Positions 11,853-22,469 of a DNA stretch of 64,000 nucleotides are shown here, in pieces. The stretch lies in the NCBI GenBank assembly GCA_963697555.1, contig CAVOOK010000006.1:17936-81935 (forward strand). Direction: 5' to 3'. The notes beneath the pieces were generated by a model. That model had not been told where the DNA came from. It saw only the letters and a program-made list of their open reading frames with translations, and ran no database searches. This stretch comes from an uncultured Gammaproteobacteria bacterium (GTDB lineage: Bacteria; Pseudomonadota; Gammaproteobacteria; Xanthomonadales; Rhodanobacteraceae). The translations under genes were made by a program, and so were the position numbers. Each line of letters opens with the position of its first letter. The first letter of the stretch is position 1.

Positions 11853-12912
11853 GCGCACCGACATGCCTGCGGAACGAACGGACATGGGCGGCTATACCCT
11901 TGTCGAGAACGCCTCGCTGGCGAACCGCAACACCCTGCGCGTGGACGCGCGGGCGGCCTTGCTGGCGGAAATCCGCGACGCCGCGAAATTGCCCGAACTG
12001 CTCGACTTTCCGGCGGTACGCAATGGCCGCCTGCTGGTGCTGGGCGAAGGCAGCAACGTGCTGTTCACCGGCGACTTCGATGGCACCGTGCTTGCGATGG
12101 AAACGCGCGGCGTGCAAGTGGAGAGCGATGGTGACCGCGCGCGCATCGCGGTGGCTGCAGGCGAGCGCTGGGACGACTTCGTGCGCTGGACGCTGGGGCA
12201 TGGTTACGCCGGCCTGGAAAACCTGATCCTGATACCGGGTACCGTCGGCGCCGCACCGATCCAGAACATCGGCGCGTACGGCTGCGAGGTGGCCGAATTC
12301 GTCGAAAGCGTGGAAGCGTGGGATACCCGCGAACACCGCGTGGCGACGCTGGATCACGAGACTTGCGCCTTCGCCTATCGCGATTCGCTGTTCAAGCATG
12401 AGCCTGGCCGCTACGTGGTCACTGCCGTGCGCTTCGTGTTGCCGCGCAGCCGTCCGCTGCGTACCGATTACGCGGGCATCGACGAGGAGCTGGCCCGGAT
12501 GGGCGTGGACAAGCCCGCGCCGTTCCATGTCGCGGAAGCGGTGGTGCACCTGCGCACGCGCAAGCTGCCTGATCCGGCGGTGATCGGCAACGCCGGCAGC
12601 TTCTTCAAGAATCCGATCGTGGACGCTGTGCTGGCCGAAGCGCTGAAGCACGATCATCCCGGGCTGGCCTGCTGGCCGCAGGCGGACGGCCGCTGCAAGC
12701 TGTCCGCCGCATGGTTGATCGAGAGTGCCGGTTTCAAGGGTATCCGCGATGGTGATGCGGGCATTTCCAATCGGCATGCCCTGGTGCTGGTGAATCATGG
12801 CAAGGCGACGGGGCCGCAACTCTGGGCGCTGGCCCAGCGGGTGATGGCGGGCGTGCACGACAAGTTCGGCGTGACGCTTGAGCCGGAGCCCGTGGTGCTC
12901 GGCGCGCGCTGA
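11842..12912 (+). CDS. murB: UDP-N-acetylmuramate dehydrogenase (start could be 11884)
   Basis: LGEGSN, GLENLILIPGTVGAAPIQNIGAYG, GNAGSFFKNP, HALVLVN. Confidence 0.95.
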   Translation: MHFERTDMPAERTDMGGYTLVENASLANRNTLRVDARAALLAEIRDAAKLPELLDFPAVRNGRLLVLGEGSNVLFTGDFDGTVLAMETRGVQVESDGDRARIAVAAGERWDDFVRWTLGHGYAGLENLILIPGTVGAAPIQNIGAYGCEVAEFVESVEAWDTREHRVATLDHETCAFAYRDSLFKHEPGRYVVTAVRFVLPRSRPLRTDYAGIDEELARMGVDKPAPFHVAEAVVHLRTRKLPDPAVIGNAGSFFKNPIVDAVLAEALKHDHPGLACWPQADGRCKLSAAWLIESAGFKGIRDGDAGISNRHALVLVNHGKATGPQLWALAQRVMAGVHDKFGVTLEPEPVVLGAR

Positions 12913-12920
12913 GCCTTCAT

Positions 12921-12945
12921 GTGGGAGCGGCTTCAGCCGCGATGC
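12921..12945 (+). repeat. REP-like palindrome (GTAG/GTGG family)
   Basis: GTGGGAGCGGCTTCAGCCGCGATGC followed by a T-rich tract; same architecture as the REP at 23008. Confidence 0.7.
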
Positions 12946-13277
12946 CTTTTTTGCTCTTTTCCTCTCAGGTGAAAGGCTTTCGTTCCGTGCGAGCGAGTCA
13001 CTTGACTGCGTAGCCACGAGAAGTGGTCCAGGACGCATGTCCCGCACCCCAGAATCGGGCTTTTTCGACGGTGCTCTTTCTGAGCGAAAAGCATTCGACT
13101 TCCTCGTCGACCCGGCGTTGCGCCGGTCGTCCCCAAACCACCGCCGTGCAGTCGCCCCGGCTGCCCCATATCTGGCTTGCCACATCGGCGAGGCGGCTGC
13201 GCCGCCGTCCACTTGAATGAGAACTTCGGACGTTGCGGCGAAGCGCTCCGGCAGGGCATGACTTCAGGCCCATGCGC

Positions 13278-13296
13278 TAGTGATAACTTCACACTA
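13278..13296. promoter_or_regulatory. candidate PadR operator
   Basis: TAGTG-N9-CACTA inverted repeat ~40 nt upstream of the padR start. Confidence 0.35.
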
Positions 13297-13335
13297 TGGT
13301 TCACTCAACGACAAGCCGCAGTACGGAAAAGCCAG

Positions 13336-13698
13336 ATGGACGACAGCGCCAGCCAGTTGAAGAAGTTCCAGAAGGAGCTTTCCAGTGGCACGGTGTCGCT
13401 GGTTCTGCTGGCCGTGCTGGGCCAGTCGCGGCAGCCGATGTATGGCTACCAGATCGCCAAGCGGCTGGAGGAGGTGGGCGAGGGCGTGCTGGCCGGCAAG
13501 CAGAGCGCGTTGTATCCGGTGCTGCGCAATCTGGAAAGCGCCGGCTTGCTGGCCAGTGAAGTGGAGCCGTCCGTCAGCGGCCCGCCGCGCCGTTATTACC
13601 GCATCACCAAACCGGGGCGCGAGGTGCTGCGCGAGTGGGTGGCGGCCTGGAACGCCACTCGCGATTCCGTCGACAACGTCTTGCAAGGAGGGGTGTAA
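13336..13698 (+). CDS. PadR-family transcriptional regulator
   Basis: PMYGYQIAKRL, LYPVLRNLE, PPRRYYRIT. Confidence 0.9.
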   Translation: MDDSASQLKKFQKELSSGTVSLVLLAVLGQSRQPMYGYQIAKRLEEVGEGVLAGKQSALYPVLRNLESAGLLASEVEPSVSGPPRRYYRITKPGREVLREWVAAWNATRDSVDNVLQGGV

Positions 13699-14621
13699 TG
13701 AACGCGCCACGCACGATCGCCGAATACCTTGAGCAGTTGCGCGCCGCCTTGCGCGGTGCCGACCCGGCCCTGATCCAGGACGCACTCTACGACGCCGAGG
13801 AACACCTGCGCGCGGAACTGGCCGACCAGCCTGGCCGCAGCGAAGCAAGCATGCTCGAACATGTCGTGAGCAGCTATGGCGCGCCGGACGAGGTGGCGGA
13901 GATCTACCGCGACCAGGAGATCAGGATCCAGCGCGCCATACGGCCGCCGCCGGTGCCGCGGCGCCGTTCGCTGGCCGGACGCTTCTTCGGCGTGGCCGCC
14001 GATCCGCATACCTATGGCGCGTTGTTCTACATGCTGCTGGTGCCATCCACCGCCATCTTCTATTTCACCTGGGCGGTGACCGGCATCGCGTTGTCGTCGG
14101 GCCTGTCGATCCTGATCATCGGCTTGCCGTTCATGGTGTTGTTCCTGGGCAGCGTGCGGGTTTTCTCGCTGCTGGAGGGGCGCATCGTGGAAACCATGCT
14201 GGGCGTGCGCATGCCGCGCCGGCCGCCGTATCCCTCGCAGCGGGGGTTGCCGTTGATGAAGCGGATCGGCGCGATGTTCACCGATGGCCGTACCTGGGGC
14301 ACGCTGCTCTACATGCTGTTGATGCTGCCGCTGGGCATCGCCTATTTCACGATTACGGTGACCTTGCTGGCGGTGTCGCTGAGCTTCGTCGCGGCGCCGG
14401 CCCTGAAGGTGGCGTCGGACATGTTCCACTGGCAGACCGACACGTGCATCGGTGCTCCGGAGTGGATCTGCACGAGTGTCCAGTGGCTGGCAAGCTGGAG
14501 CGGCGCGGTCACGCTGTGCGTCCTCGGCATCGCGATGCTGTTCGCCACGCTGCACCTGGTGCGCGGCCTGGGCCGGATGCACGGACACATCGCCAAACAT
14601 TTGCTGGTGCGCGCGAGCTGA
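13698..14621 (+). CDS. membrane sensor-domain protein with HAAS-like N-terminus
   Basis: YLEQLRAAL…DAEEHL…YGAPDEVA helical N-terminus followed by several TM helices; TAATG coupling to padR. Confidence 0.75.
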   Translation: MNAPRTIAEYLEQLRAALRGADPALIQDALYDAEEHLRAELADQPGRSEASMLEHVVSSYGAPDEVAEIYRDQEIRIQRAIRPPPVPRRRSLAGRFFGVAADPHTYGALFYMLLVPSTAIFYFTWAVTGIALSSGLSILIIGLPFMVLFLGSVRVFSLLEGRIVETMLGVRMPRRPPYPSQRGLPLMKRIGAMFTDGRTWGTLLYMLLMLPLGIAYFTITVTLLAVSLSFVAAPALKVASDMFHWQTDTCIGAPEWICTSVQWLASWSGAVTLCVLGIAMLFATLHLVRGLGRMHGHIAKHLLVRAS

Positions 14622-14648
14622 GCAAAAGGGCGCGGACTGCGCGACCGC

Positions 14649-14936
14649 TCAGAACTCGTCGGTGAACTCGATGCCGGCGTCATACTCGCGGGCGATCACC
14701 TCGGCACTTCCGCGCACGGTATCGGCCACCTGGTCGTTGGGCGCGTCGACCTCGATGTAATAGACCTTGCCCTCGCTGTCGCTGGCCAGTTCGCTGGAGC
14801 TGGAATCGTCGCGCATCTCGGGCATCAGGTCGTCGATCTCCTCGACGCGCTCGATGTCGTCGATGCCGTGCAGCGCGGCCATCACGGCATCAGCGTCGGT
14901 ACGACTGCCGATCAGGCGGAAACGGACCTTGGGCAT
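14649..14936 (-). CDS. acidic hypothetical protein
   Basis: GAGGA RBS, GC-rich coding-like codon use, 95 aa. Confidence 0.75.
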   Translation of the reverse strand: MPKVRFRLIGSRTDADAVMAALHGIDDIERVEEIDDLMPEMRDDSSSSELASDSEGKVYYIEVDAPNDQVADTVRGSAEVIAREYDAGIEFTDEF

Positions 14937-15063
14937 GGCGGATTCCTCGGAAAGGCGGGGACTTCATGCTGGCAAGCCGAACGCATGCGAAAGGTGATGC
15001 CGAGGCCATCGAAGGCCGTGCGGGCCGCTACCATGGCGGCCCGCCATCCCAAGAAACGCCGCC

Positions 15064-15675
15064 ATGCCGAAGACTTACGACCGCGACTATTTCGACAAGT
15101 GGTATCGCGACCCCGAGCACGCGGTCGCCTCGCCGGCCGAGCTGCGCCGGAAGGTGGCGATGGTGGTGGCGCAGGCGGAGTATTACCTCGGAAGGCCTGT
15201 CCGCAACGTGCTCGATGTCGGTTGCGGGGAGGCGACCTGGCGCGCACCGCTGCGCGCGTTGCGGCCGGGCATCGCCTATCGCGGGCTGGATGCGAGCGAG
15301 TATGCAGTGGCGCGTTATGGCCGCAGCCGCAACGTCGGGCTGGCCCGCTTCGGCCAACTGGAGCAGCTGCGCTTCGAGTCGCGTTTCGACCTGATCGTAT
15401 GCACCGATGTATTGCATTACCTGAAGCCGGCGGAGATCCGCGCGGGCCTGCAGGGCATTGGCGAAATGCTCGAAGGCGTGGCGTTTCTGGAAGTATTCAC
15501 CAGCCGCGACGACGTGGCCGGCGACCACCAGGGTTTCGTGTCGCGCGCACCGGCGTGGTATCTGCGCGAGTTCGGCAAGGTCGGGTTGCTGCCGTGCGGC
15601 TCGCATTGCTACCTGGGGCCGCGGCTGGAGCGGCATGTCGCGGCGCTGGAACGGGCGCAGCTACCGAGCCGGTGA
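15064..15675 (+). CDS. class I SAM-dependent methyltransferase
   Basis: VLDVGCGE, FDLIVCTDVLHY. Confidence 0.85.
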   Translation: MPKTYDRDYFDKWYRDPEHAVASPAELRRKVAMVVAQAEYYLGRPVRNVLDVGCGEATWRAPLRALRPGIAYRGLDASEYAVARYGRSRNVGLARFGQLEQLRFESRFDLIVCTDVLHYLKPAEIRAGLQGIGEMLEGVAFLEVFTSRDDVAGDHQGFVSRAPAWYLREFGKVGLLPCGSHCYLGPRLERHVAALERAQLPSR

Positions 15676-15682
15676 TCGAGGA

Positions 15683-17011
15683 TCAGAACTCCAGGTGCGC
15701 GCGCACGCCGACAAAGCGCGCCGGCCCGCGAGCACGGTTGTAGCCGGGGTTGCGGATCAGCTGGATGTCGGGCGTGAGCGTGAGGTGATCGATCACCGCG
15801 ACATTGTAATAAGCCTCGACGATGCGCTCGCGGCCGTAGGCGAGTGCGCCATCACCCAGCGTGAATCCCTGGCCGCCCAAGGCCAGGTAGTGGCGATGCG
15901 CCGGTGACAGCGCGTCGACGGCAAACGCTATGCCCAGATGATCCTTCGGCCGTCCCCAGTGCGCGCCGGAGAGCTGCAGGCCGCCGCTCAGCGTGCGGTC
16001 CACCTCGGTGAACGCAAACGATTCGTTGCGGCCGTCGTTCCAGCCTGCGCGCGCAAACAATCCCGTCTCGCCATCGTCGGCCAGCGGCAGCTCGCCGTTG
16101 ATGGCGAAGCCGTACTTGCGCCGGCCGGGGCGGTCGTCGGCATGGATGTCCGGCGCTGTGCCATGCGCCAGCGCGTACGCGATGGCCTCGCGGTACACGC
16201 CCATGTTCGCGATGTTGCGAAACGCAAGCAGCCGCAGGATCGCGCCGTCCGCGCGCGGCTGCAGGGTCAGCTCAAGCTGTTCGCCGCGGGCGCGCCGCGG
16301 CGAACTCTCCAGCTTCGTTCCATTCGCCTTGGTGGGCATCAGGTAGACGCCGTAGCGCAGGCTCCAGTGCGGGGTGATCCAGCCCAGCACCAGCCCGTCG
16401 GTGTAGCCGCGGGTGTCGGCGGCGAAATCCCACGCGGTGTTGTTGAGCAACGACCAATTCAGGAATTGCGTGCGTGCGGCGTCGGCGTAGCGGTTCTTGT
16501 CGAAGTCGTCGCTCACTGCCATCTTGCCCAGCTTGACCTCGATGCGGCGCGTGGCTTCTTCACCCGGCAGCTGATCCTGGTCGCGTCTGGCCGATGCGCG
16601 TGCGTCACCGAGCGGCAGCGTCCAGCGCAGGTATCGGCGTGCGACGTAGGCGGTCTTGCTCAGGCTGCCACCACCGGAATGCACCACGTCGCCGTTGGCA
16701 AATCCGCCCAGGCCGGTGGCGCCGCTGACCGCCTCGCCCTTGAACATTTCCACGTCGAAGTAGAACTGGAAATGCGCCGGCAACGCGACGCCGAAGTAGG
16801 CGCCGAACGTGTGCGAGCGCTCGGTGTCGCCCCTCGCTCGCAGGCTCAACGGGCCGCTGTAAGGCGAATGCAGCGACGATTGGTGCTGATCCACGAAGGT
16901 GTACTGCGCGCCCAGCCATTGCGGCACGAATAGCGGCACGTCATCGGCCAGCGTGGGCGTGGAGGCCAGCGCAAGCCACAAGGCTGCGGTGAACAAGTGG
17001 ATCTTTTTCAT
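15683..17011 (-). CDS. OprB-family porin (carbohydrate-selective/MnoP-like)
   Basis: Signal peptide MKKIHL…ASTPTLA, AWDFAADTRGYT, NPGYN, terminal Phe (HLEF). Confidence 0.85.
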   Translation of the reverse strand: MKKIHLFTAALWLALASTPTLADDVPLFVPQWLGAQYTFVDQHQSSLHSPYSGPLSLRARGDTERSHTFGAYFGVALPAHFQFYFDVEMFKGEAVSGATGLGGFANGDVVHSGGGSLSKTAYVARRYLRWTLPLGDARASARRDQDQLPGEEATRRIEVKLGKMAVSDDFDKNRYADAARTQFLNWSLLNNTAWDFAADTRGYTDGLVLGWITPHWSLRYGVYLMPTKANGTKLESSPRRARGEQLELTLQPRADGAILRLLAFRNIANMGVYREAIAYALAHGTAPDIHADDRPGRRKYGFAINGELPLADDGETGLFARAGWNDGRNESFAFTEVDRTLSGGLQLSGAHWGRPKDHLGIAFAVDALSPAHRHYLALGGQGFTLGDGALAYGRERIVEAYYNVAVIDHLTLTPDIQLIRNPGYNRARGPARFVGVRAHLEF

Positions 17012-17256
17012 GCTCGTCTCGTATACGCCGCACGGAGCGAGTGGATCAGCCCGGCAGCGCGCCGGGTCGCGAGGGTAGATGTCGATGGGCGCCGAATGCT
17101 CCAGGCGGGTCGTGCGGATGCCGCTGGCTGGGTCGCTGTCCATGGTGGATCAGGTCTCGTGGATTTCTGGTGCAGATGAAGGCGCGCATGCTGATCACAT
17201 GGGAGGCCGATGGCAATGCAAAAGTGAGGGATGGGTTTGCGCCGCGGAAAAGCCGA

Positions 17257-17895
17257 TCAGGTCGCGACGGTCTTGTCCTTGTACCGGCACAAGTCCCGGA
17301 TCACGCAATGCGGGCAGTCCGGTTTGCGCGCCTTGCACACGTAGCGGCCGTGCAGGATCAGCCAGTGGTGGGCATCCTGCTTGAACTCGGCCGGTACCAC
17401 TATCTCCAGCTTGTCCTCGACCGTGCGCACGTCCTTGCCAGGGGCCAGGCCGGTGCGATTGGCGACCCGGAAAATATGCGTATCGACCGCGATGGTTGGT
17501 TCGCCAAAGGCGGTGTTGAGCACCACGTTGGCGGTCTTGCGACCGACGCCCGGCAGCGCTTCCAGCGCCTCGCGGCTGTGCGGCACTTCGCCGCCGTGCC
17601 GTTCGATCAGCAGACGGCATAACGCGATCACGTTCGCGGCCTTCGCGTTGTACAGGCCAATGGTGCTGATGTAGCGCTTGAGGCCTTCTTCGCCGAGCTT
17701 GAGGATCGCCTGCGGCGTGTTCGCCACCGCATACAGCTTCTTCGTCGCCTTGTTGACGCCGACGTCGGTGGCCTGCGCGGAAAGCACCACGGCGACGAGC
17801 AGTTCGAATGGCGTGCTGTAGACGAGCTCGGTGGTCGGGTGTGGATTGAGTTCGCGCAATCGCGAGAACAGTTCGACGACGTCGGCGCGTTTCAA
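17257..17895 (-). CDS. nth: endonuclease III
   Basis: TTG start overlapping the rnfB stop; [33 protein letters not shown]…C. Confidence 0.95.
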   Translation of the reverse strand: MKRADVVELFSRLRELNPHPTTELVYSTPFELLVAVVLSAQATDVGVNKATKKLYAVANTPQAILKLGEEGLKRYISTIGLYNAKAANVIALCRLLIERHGGEVPHSREALEALPGVGRKTANVVLNTAFGEPTIAVDTHIFRVANRTGLAPGKDVRTVEDKLEIVVPAEFKQDAHHWLILHGRYVCKARKPDCPHCVIRDLCRYKDKTVAT

Positions 17896-18497
17896 GCCTT
17901 GGGCTCCTGCTGCCGGGCTTTGGCACGGGCCAGCGCCGCGAGCACCGGGTTGACCGCGCCGGCCGCGGTGTCGACCGCCGCCTTGCGCGCCGCCAGCTCC
18001 GCTTCGCGCTCGGCATGCTGGCGCGCCAGCCGTGCCTCGCGGCGCTGAAAATGCCCGCGCGCGGCATCGGCATGAGCGGCATCGATCTGCGATGCCGGCA
18101 TCGGCAACAGCACGATGCAGTCGACCGGGCAGGCCGGCACGCACAGTTCGCAGCCGGTGCAGTCGTCGGCGATCACCGTGTGCATCAGCTTGGCCGCGCC
18201 CACGATCGCATCGACCGGGCAGGCCTGGATGCACTTGGTGCAGCCGATGCAGTCCGCCTCAACGATGCGCGCCAGCGTGCGTGGTTTCTCGATGCCGTGT
18301 TCGGGATCGAGCGGCAACACCGGCCTGTCAAGCAACGCGGCGAGTCGATCGATGCCGGCGCTGCCGCCGGGCGGACACTGGTTGATTTCGGCGTCGCCAC
18401 GCGCGATGGCCTCCGCGTACGGCCGGCAACCGTGGTAGCCGCATTGCTCGCACTGTGTCTGCGGCAGCAGCGCGTCGATGCGATCGGCCAGCGTCAT
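17892..18497 (-). CDS. rnfB: RnfB/RsxB-family Fe-S protein
   Basis: [42 protein letters not shown]. Confidence 0.9.
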   Translation of the reverse strand: MTLADRIDALLPQTQCEQCGYHGCRPYAEAIARGDAEINQCPPGGSAGIDRLAALLDRPVLPLDPEHGIEKPRTLARIVEADCIGCTKCIQACPVDAIVGAAKLMHTVIADDCTGCELCVPACPVDCIVLLPMPASQIDAAHADAARGHFQRREARLARQHAEREAELAARKAAVDTAAGAVNPVLAALARAKARQQEPKA

Positions 18498-18504
18498 GGC
18501 GCTA

Positions 18505-20604
18505 TCAGCGAACCGGAGCACCCGGCTTGGCGCCCTGGTCGGCGTCGAGCAGGAACAGGTCGCTGCCGCCGTCGCCGGCCGACAGGATCATGCCTTCGGA
18601 AAGGCCGAAGCGCATCTTGCGCGGGGCAAGGTTGGCGATGAACACCACGTTGCGGCCGACCAGTTTTTCCGGCTCGTCGTAGGCGGCGCGGATACCGGAA
18701 AAGATCTGCCGGCTGCCCAGCGTGCCGGCATCCAGTTCGAAGCGCAGCAGCTTGTCCGACCCGTCGACGAAGTCGCACGCCGTGACCTTGCCGATGCGCA
18801 GGTCGAGCCGGGCGAAGTCGTCGATGCCGATCGTGGCGGAAGCCGCAAGCGGGGATTCGGCCGTGGCGCTCGTGGGCGTCGTGCTGTGGTTCATGGCTTT
18901 CTTCTTCTGTGGAGCGGGAACGTCGGAGGGAGCGGCGAGCGAATCCTTCGACGCTTCGACCATCGCCTCGATACGCCGGGGATCGATACGGCCGAGCAGC
19001 GGCTCGAAGCTGTTGATGGCATGACTGCGCAGCGTGGCGCGTGCGTCGTCGAAGTCGGCGATCGGCGCCGCGAGGAATTGTTCCGCGGCGGCCACCGTAG
19101 CGGGCAATATCGGCTTGAGCATGCCGGCCAGCAGGCGGAACGCGCTCAGCGCGAACGAGCACACCTGGTGCAGTTCATCGCGTCGGCTTTCATCCTTCGC
19201 CATCGCCCATGGCGCTTTCGCCGCGATGTGGCCGTTGACGATGTCCGCCATCAGCACGAAGCGACGCACGACCTCGGCGAAGTCGCCGCTGTCGTACAGC
19301 GCGTCGACGCCATCGTAGTGTTCCAGCAGGCTGTTCCACAGCGCCGTTTCCTGCGCATTGAATTGCGGCGCCAGGCGCCCACCGAAGAACTTGTGCACGA
19401 AGCCCGCCGTGCGGCTGGCGATGTTCACCCACTTGCCGACCAGGTGCGAGTTGACGCGTTCCTCGAAGGCCTTGAGATCGAGGTCCACGTCGACCGGCGC
19501 AGCGCTGAGCATGGTGGCGAAGTAGTAGCGCAGGAATTCCGGATGGATGCCTGCGTCGAGGTAGGTGCGAGCCTGGATGAACGTGCCGCGCGATTTGGAC
19601 ATCTTGGCGCCGTTCACGGTCAGGTAGCCGTTGACGTGCAGCGCGGTGGGCGTGCGCAAACCGGCGCCGTGCAGCATCGCCGGCCAGAACAGGCCATGGA
19701 AATTGATGATGTCCTTGCCGATGAAATGATGCATCTCGGCGGTGCTGTCGGCGGCCAGGAAATCGTCGAACTTCAGATGGGTCTTGTCGCACAACGCCTT
19801 GAAGCTGGCCAGGTAGCCGACCGGCGCGTCCAGCCATACGTAGAAGAACTTGCCCGGCGCATCGGGGATCGGAAAGCCGAAGTAGGGCGCATCGCGCGAG
19901 ATGTCCCAGTCCTTCAGGCCACCGTCCAGCCATTCCTTCAGCTTGGCCACCACGCCGCTGTTCGCGACAGGCTTGCCATGCGTGAACTTGCCGGCAAACC
20001 ACTCGCGCAACAACGCTTCGAATTTGCCCAGCTCGAAGAAGTAATGCTCCGAATCGCGCAGCACCGGCGTGGCGCCGGACATCACCGAGTACGGGTTGAT
20101 CAGGTCGGTCGGTGCATAGGTGGCGCCGCAGTGCTCGCAGTTGTCGCCGTATTGGTCCGGCGTGCCGCAATTCGGGCAGACGCCCTTGATGTACCGGTCC
20201 GGCAGGAACATTTCCTTTTCCGGATCGAACAGCTGCTGGATGCTGCGGCGGGCGATGTAGCCGCCGTCGCGCAGGCGAGTGTAGATCAGCGTCGCCAGCT
20301 CGCGGTTCTCTTCCGAATGGGTCGTGTGATAGTGATCGAATGCCACGCCGAACGCGGCGAAGTCCGCTTCATGGCCCTCGCGGATGCCGGCGATGAACGC
20401 CTCGGGCGTCATGCCGGCCTTCTCCGCCGCCAGCATGATCGGCGTGCCATGCGCGTCGTCGGCGCACACGTATGCCACGTGGTGCCCGCTCATCCGCTGC
20501 GCGCGCACCCAGATGTCGGCCTGGATGTAGCCCAGCAGATGACCCATGTGCAGCGGGCCATTGGCGTAGGGCAGGGCATTGGTGACGAGGAGGCGGCGGC
20601 TCAT
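18505..20604 (-). CDS. metG: methionine--tRNA ligase
   Basis: [12 protein letters not shown], zinc knuckle CPNC/CEHC, KMSKS, C-terminal tRNA-binding OB domain. Confidence 0.98.
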   Translation of the reverse strand: MSRRLLVTNALPYANGPLHMGHLLGYIQADIWVRAQRMSGHHVAYVCADDAHGTPIMLAAEKAGMTPEAFIAGIREGHEADFAAFGVAFDHYHTTHSEENRELATLIYTRLRDGGYIARRSIQQLFDPEKEMFLPDRYIKGVCPNCGTPDQYGDNCEHCGATYAPTDLINPYSVMSGATPVLRDSEHYFFELGKFEALLREWFAGKFTHGKPVANSGVVAKLKEWLDGGLKDWDISRDAPYFGFPIPDAPGKFFYVWLDAPVGYLASFKALCDKTHLKFDDFLAADSTAEMHHFIGKDIINFHGLFWPAMLHGAGLRTPTALHVNGYLTVNGAKMSKSRGTFIQARTYLDAGIHPEFLRYYFATMLSAAPVDVDLDLKAFEERVNSHLVGKWVNIASRTAGFVHKFFGGRLAPQFNAQETALWNSLLEHYDGVDALYDSGDFAEVVRRFVLMADIVNGHIAAKAPWAMAKDESRRDELHQVCSFALSAFRLLAGMLKPILPATVAAAEQFLAAPIADFDDARATLRSHAINSFEPLLGRIDPRRIEAMVEASKDSLAAPSDVPAPQKKKAMNHSTTPTSATAESPLAASATIGIDDFARLDLRIGKVTACDFVDGSDKLLRFELDAGTLGSRQIFSGIRAAYDEPEKLVGRNVVFIANLAPRKMRFGLSEGMILSAGDGGSDLFLLDADQGAKPGAPVR

Positions 20605-20681
20605 GGCAGGCAATCATTCGGGACGACTGCGCATTATGGCATGGCCGTCCAAATCGTCCGCCCGCGCAGGTTGCCGCCATG

Positions 20682-20706
20682 AAAAAAGCGCGCCCATCGG
20701 CGCGCT
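20682..20706 (-). terminator. intrinsic terminator of the DUF2147 gene
   Basis: Minus strand AGCGCGCCGATGGGCGCGCTTTTTT. Confidence 0.7.
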
Positions 20707-20730
20707 CAGGATGCCGCGACAGTCGAGGGC

Positions 20731-21195
20731 TCAGTCCTGCCGTTCCCAGGTCTGGCTGCGGCCGAGCAGGGCGAAGCCGATGTAGCCGTGCACGTCGAGC
20801 TTCTGCCCGCCGTCCTTGAGCGACAGTTTCACCTTGTAGGTCTTGCCGTTCTTCGGGTCGAGGATCTTGCCGCCATCCCACACGTCGTCGTCCTTGCTGA
20901 CGCCCCACATGATGTTCATGCCTTCGATCGGCTGGTCTTTGCGCTCGCCGTCGCACTTGGTGCATTTCGGAACCGTGCCGTCGCGGGCGATGTCTTCCGG
21001 GGTGCGGTTCAGCAGCTTCACGACCCTGGCCTGGAGTTCGCCGTTGTGTTCGGTGATCTCGACGATCGACTTCGGCTGGTGCGTGGTGTCGTCGATGGTT
21101 TTCCAGGTGCCGACCGGGGTGTCATTGGCCGCCAGGGCAGTGCCGGCCGCCAGCAACAGGCTGGCTGCGAGGGTGAGACGAAACGCATGCTTCAT
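20731..21195 (-). CDS. DUF2147 exported protein
   Basis: Signal peptide, GTWKTIDD, GKILDPKNGKTY, GRSQTWER. Confidence 0.9.
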   Translation of the reverse strand: MKHAFRLTLAASLLLAAGTALAANDTPVGTWKTIDDTTHQPKSIVEITEHNGELQARVVKLLNRTPEDIARDGTVPKCTKCDGERKDQPIEGMNIMWGVSKDDDVWDGGKILDPKNGKTYKVKLSLKDGGQKLDVHGYIGFALLGRSQTWERQD

Positions 21196-21374
21196 GGTGA
21201 TCCTCCCGTACGAAAGCGTATGGAGGCGAGACTGGCGAGCTTGCGCGGGGCCGTCAAGCTGCAACGCGCCATAGTGCGACACGGGATGTGGCGCGGCGTG
21301 GGCGCTGATCCAGGTCAGCGGAGCCGCTGCGTCGCGCTGGCATAATGGATGTTCCCCGCAACCATCGAGCCGAC

Positions 21375-22469
21375 ATGCCACAGGCGAACGAAGCCCTGAT
21401 CCGCCAGATTCTTGGCGACCTCATCGACACCCACACCGCTGCGCCCCTTGCTGAGGCCGTGCGTGCGATCGGCGTGGACGGCGCCAGGGTATCGGTGGAT
21501 CTGCAACTGGGCTATCCAGCTGCCGGCGCGGTCGACCGCATCGCTGCGCAGGTGCGTCAGGCGCTGGAGGCCGATCCGGCGATCGAGTCGGCTGCCGTGT
21601 CGATCACCAGCCGCATCCACGTGCACAAGGTGCAGGGCGCGCTGGGTCCGCTGCCGAACGTGAAGAACATCATCGTGGTGGCGTCGGGCAAGGGCGGCGT
21701 GGGCAAGTCGACGGTTTCGGCGAACCTCGCGCTGGCGCTGCAGGCCGAGGGCGCCAGGGTCGGCGTGATGGACGCGGACATCTACGGTCCCAGCCAGCCG
21801 ACCATGCTCGGCGTGCACGGCAAGCCGGCCTCGCCGGACGGCAAGAGCATCACGCCGATGCAGGCGCACGGCATGCCGGTGATGTCGATCGGCTTCCTGG
21901 TCGAAGAAGACACGCCGATGATCTGGCGCGGGCCGATGGTCACCCAGGCGATGATGCAATTGCTCACCGACACACGCTGGGAGTCGCTGGACTACCTGAT
22001 CGTGGATCTGCCGCCGGGCACGGGCGACATCCAGCTCACGCTGTCGCAGAAGGTGCCGGTGGCCGGCGCGGTGATCGTCACCACGCCACAGGACATCGCC
22101 CTGCTGGACGCGCGCAAGGCGCTCAAGATGTTCGAGAAGGTCGAGGTGCCGGTGCTGGGCGTGGTGGAGAACATGGCGACGCACGTCTGTTCGAACTGCG
22201 GTCATGAGGAACACATCTTCGGCGAGGGTGGTGGCGAGCGGATGTCGGCGCAGTACGGCGTGCCGTACCTGGGTTCGCTGCCGCTGGATATCCGCATCCG
22301 CGAACAGGCCGATGGCGGCAATCCCACGGTTGCCGCGATGCCGGACTCCGACCTGACGGCGCGTTATCGCGAGATCGCCCGCAACGCAACCGGCCGGTTG
22401 TCGCGGCAGCCGCGCAACAAGTCGCTGGGTCTGGGCAAGATCGTGGTGCAAGGGTCCCCCGCTGCATGA
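21375..22469 (+). CDS. apbC: Fe-S cluster carrier ATPase ApbC/Mrp
   Basis: SGKGGVGKST, DADIYGPS, WRGPM, DLPPGTGD, ENM…CSNC. Confidence 0.95.
   Translation: MPQANEALIRQILGDLIDTHTAAPLAEAVRAIGVDGARVSVDLQLGYPAAGAVDRIAAQVRQALEADPAIESAAVSITSRIHVHKVQGALGPLPNVKNIIVVASGKGGVGKSTVSANLALALQAEGARVGVMDADIYGPSQPTMLGVHGKPASPDGKSITPMQAHGMPVMSIGFLVEEDTPMIWRGPMVTQAMMQLLTDTRWESLDYLIVDLPPGTGDIQLTLSQKVPVAGAVIVTTPQDIALLDARKALKMFEKVEVPVLGVVENMATHVCSNCGHEEHIFGEGGGERMSAQYGVPYLGSLPLDIRIREQADGGNPTVAAMPDSDLTARYREIARNATGRLSRQPRNKSLGLGKIVVQGSPAA

Noticed and set aside
11842..11890. ERTDM duplication at the murB start
   Set aside because: A short local duplication that only makes the start codon ambiguous; no evidence of function.
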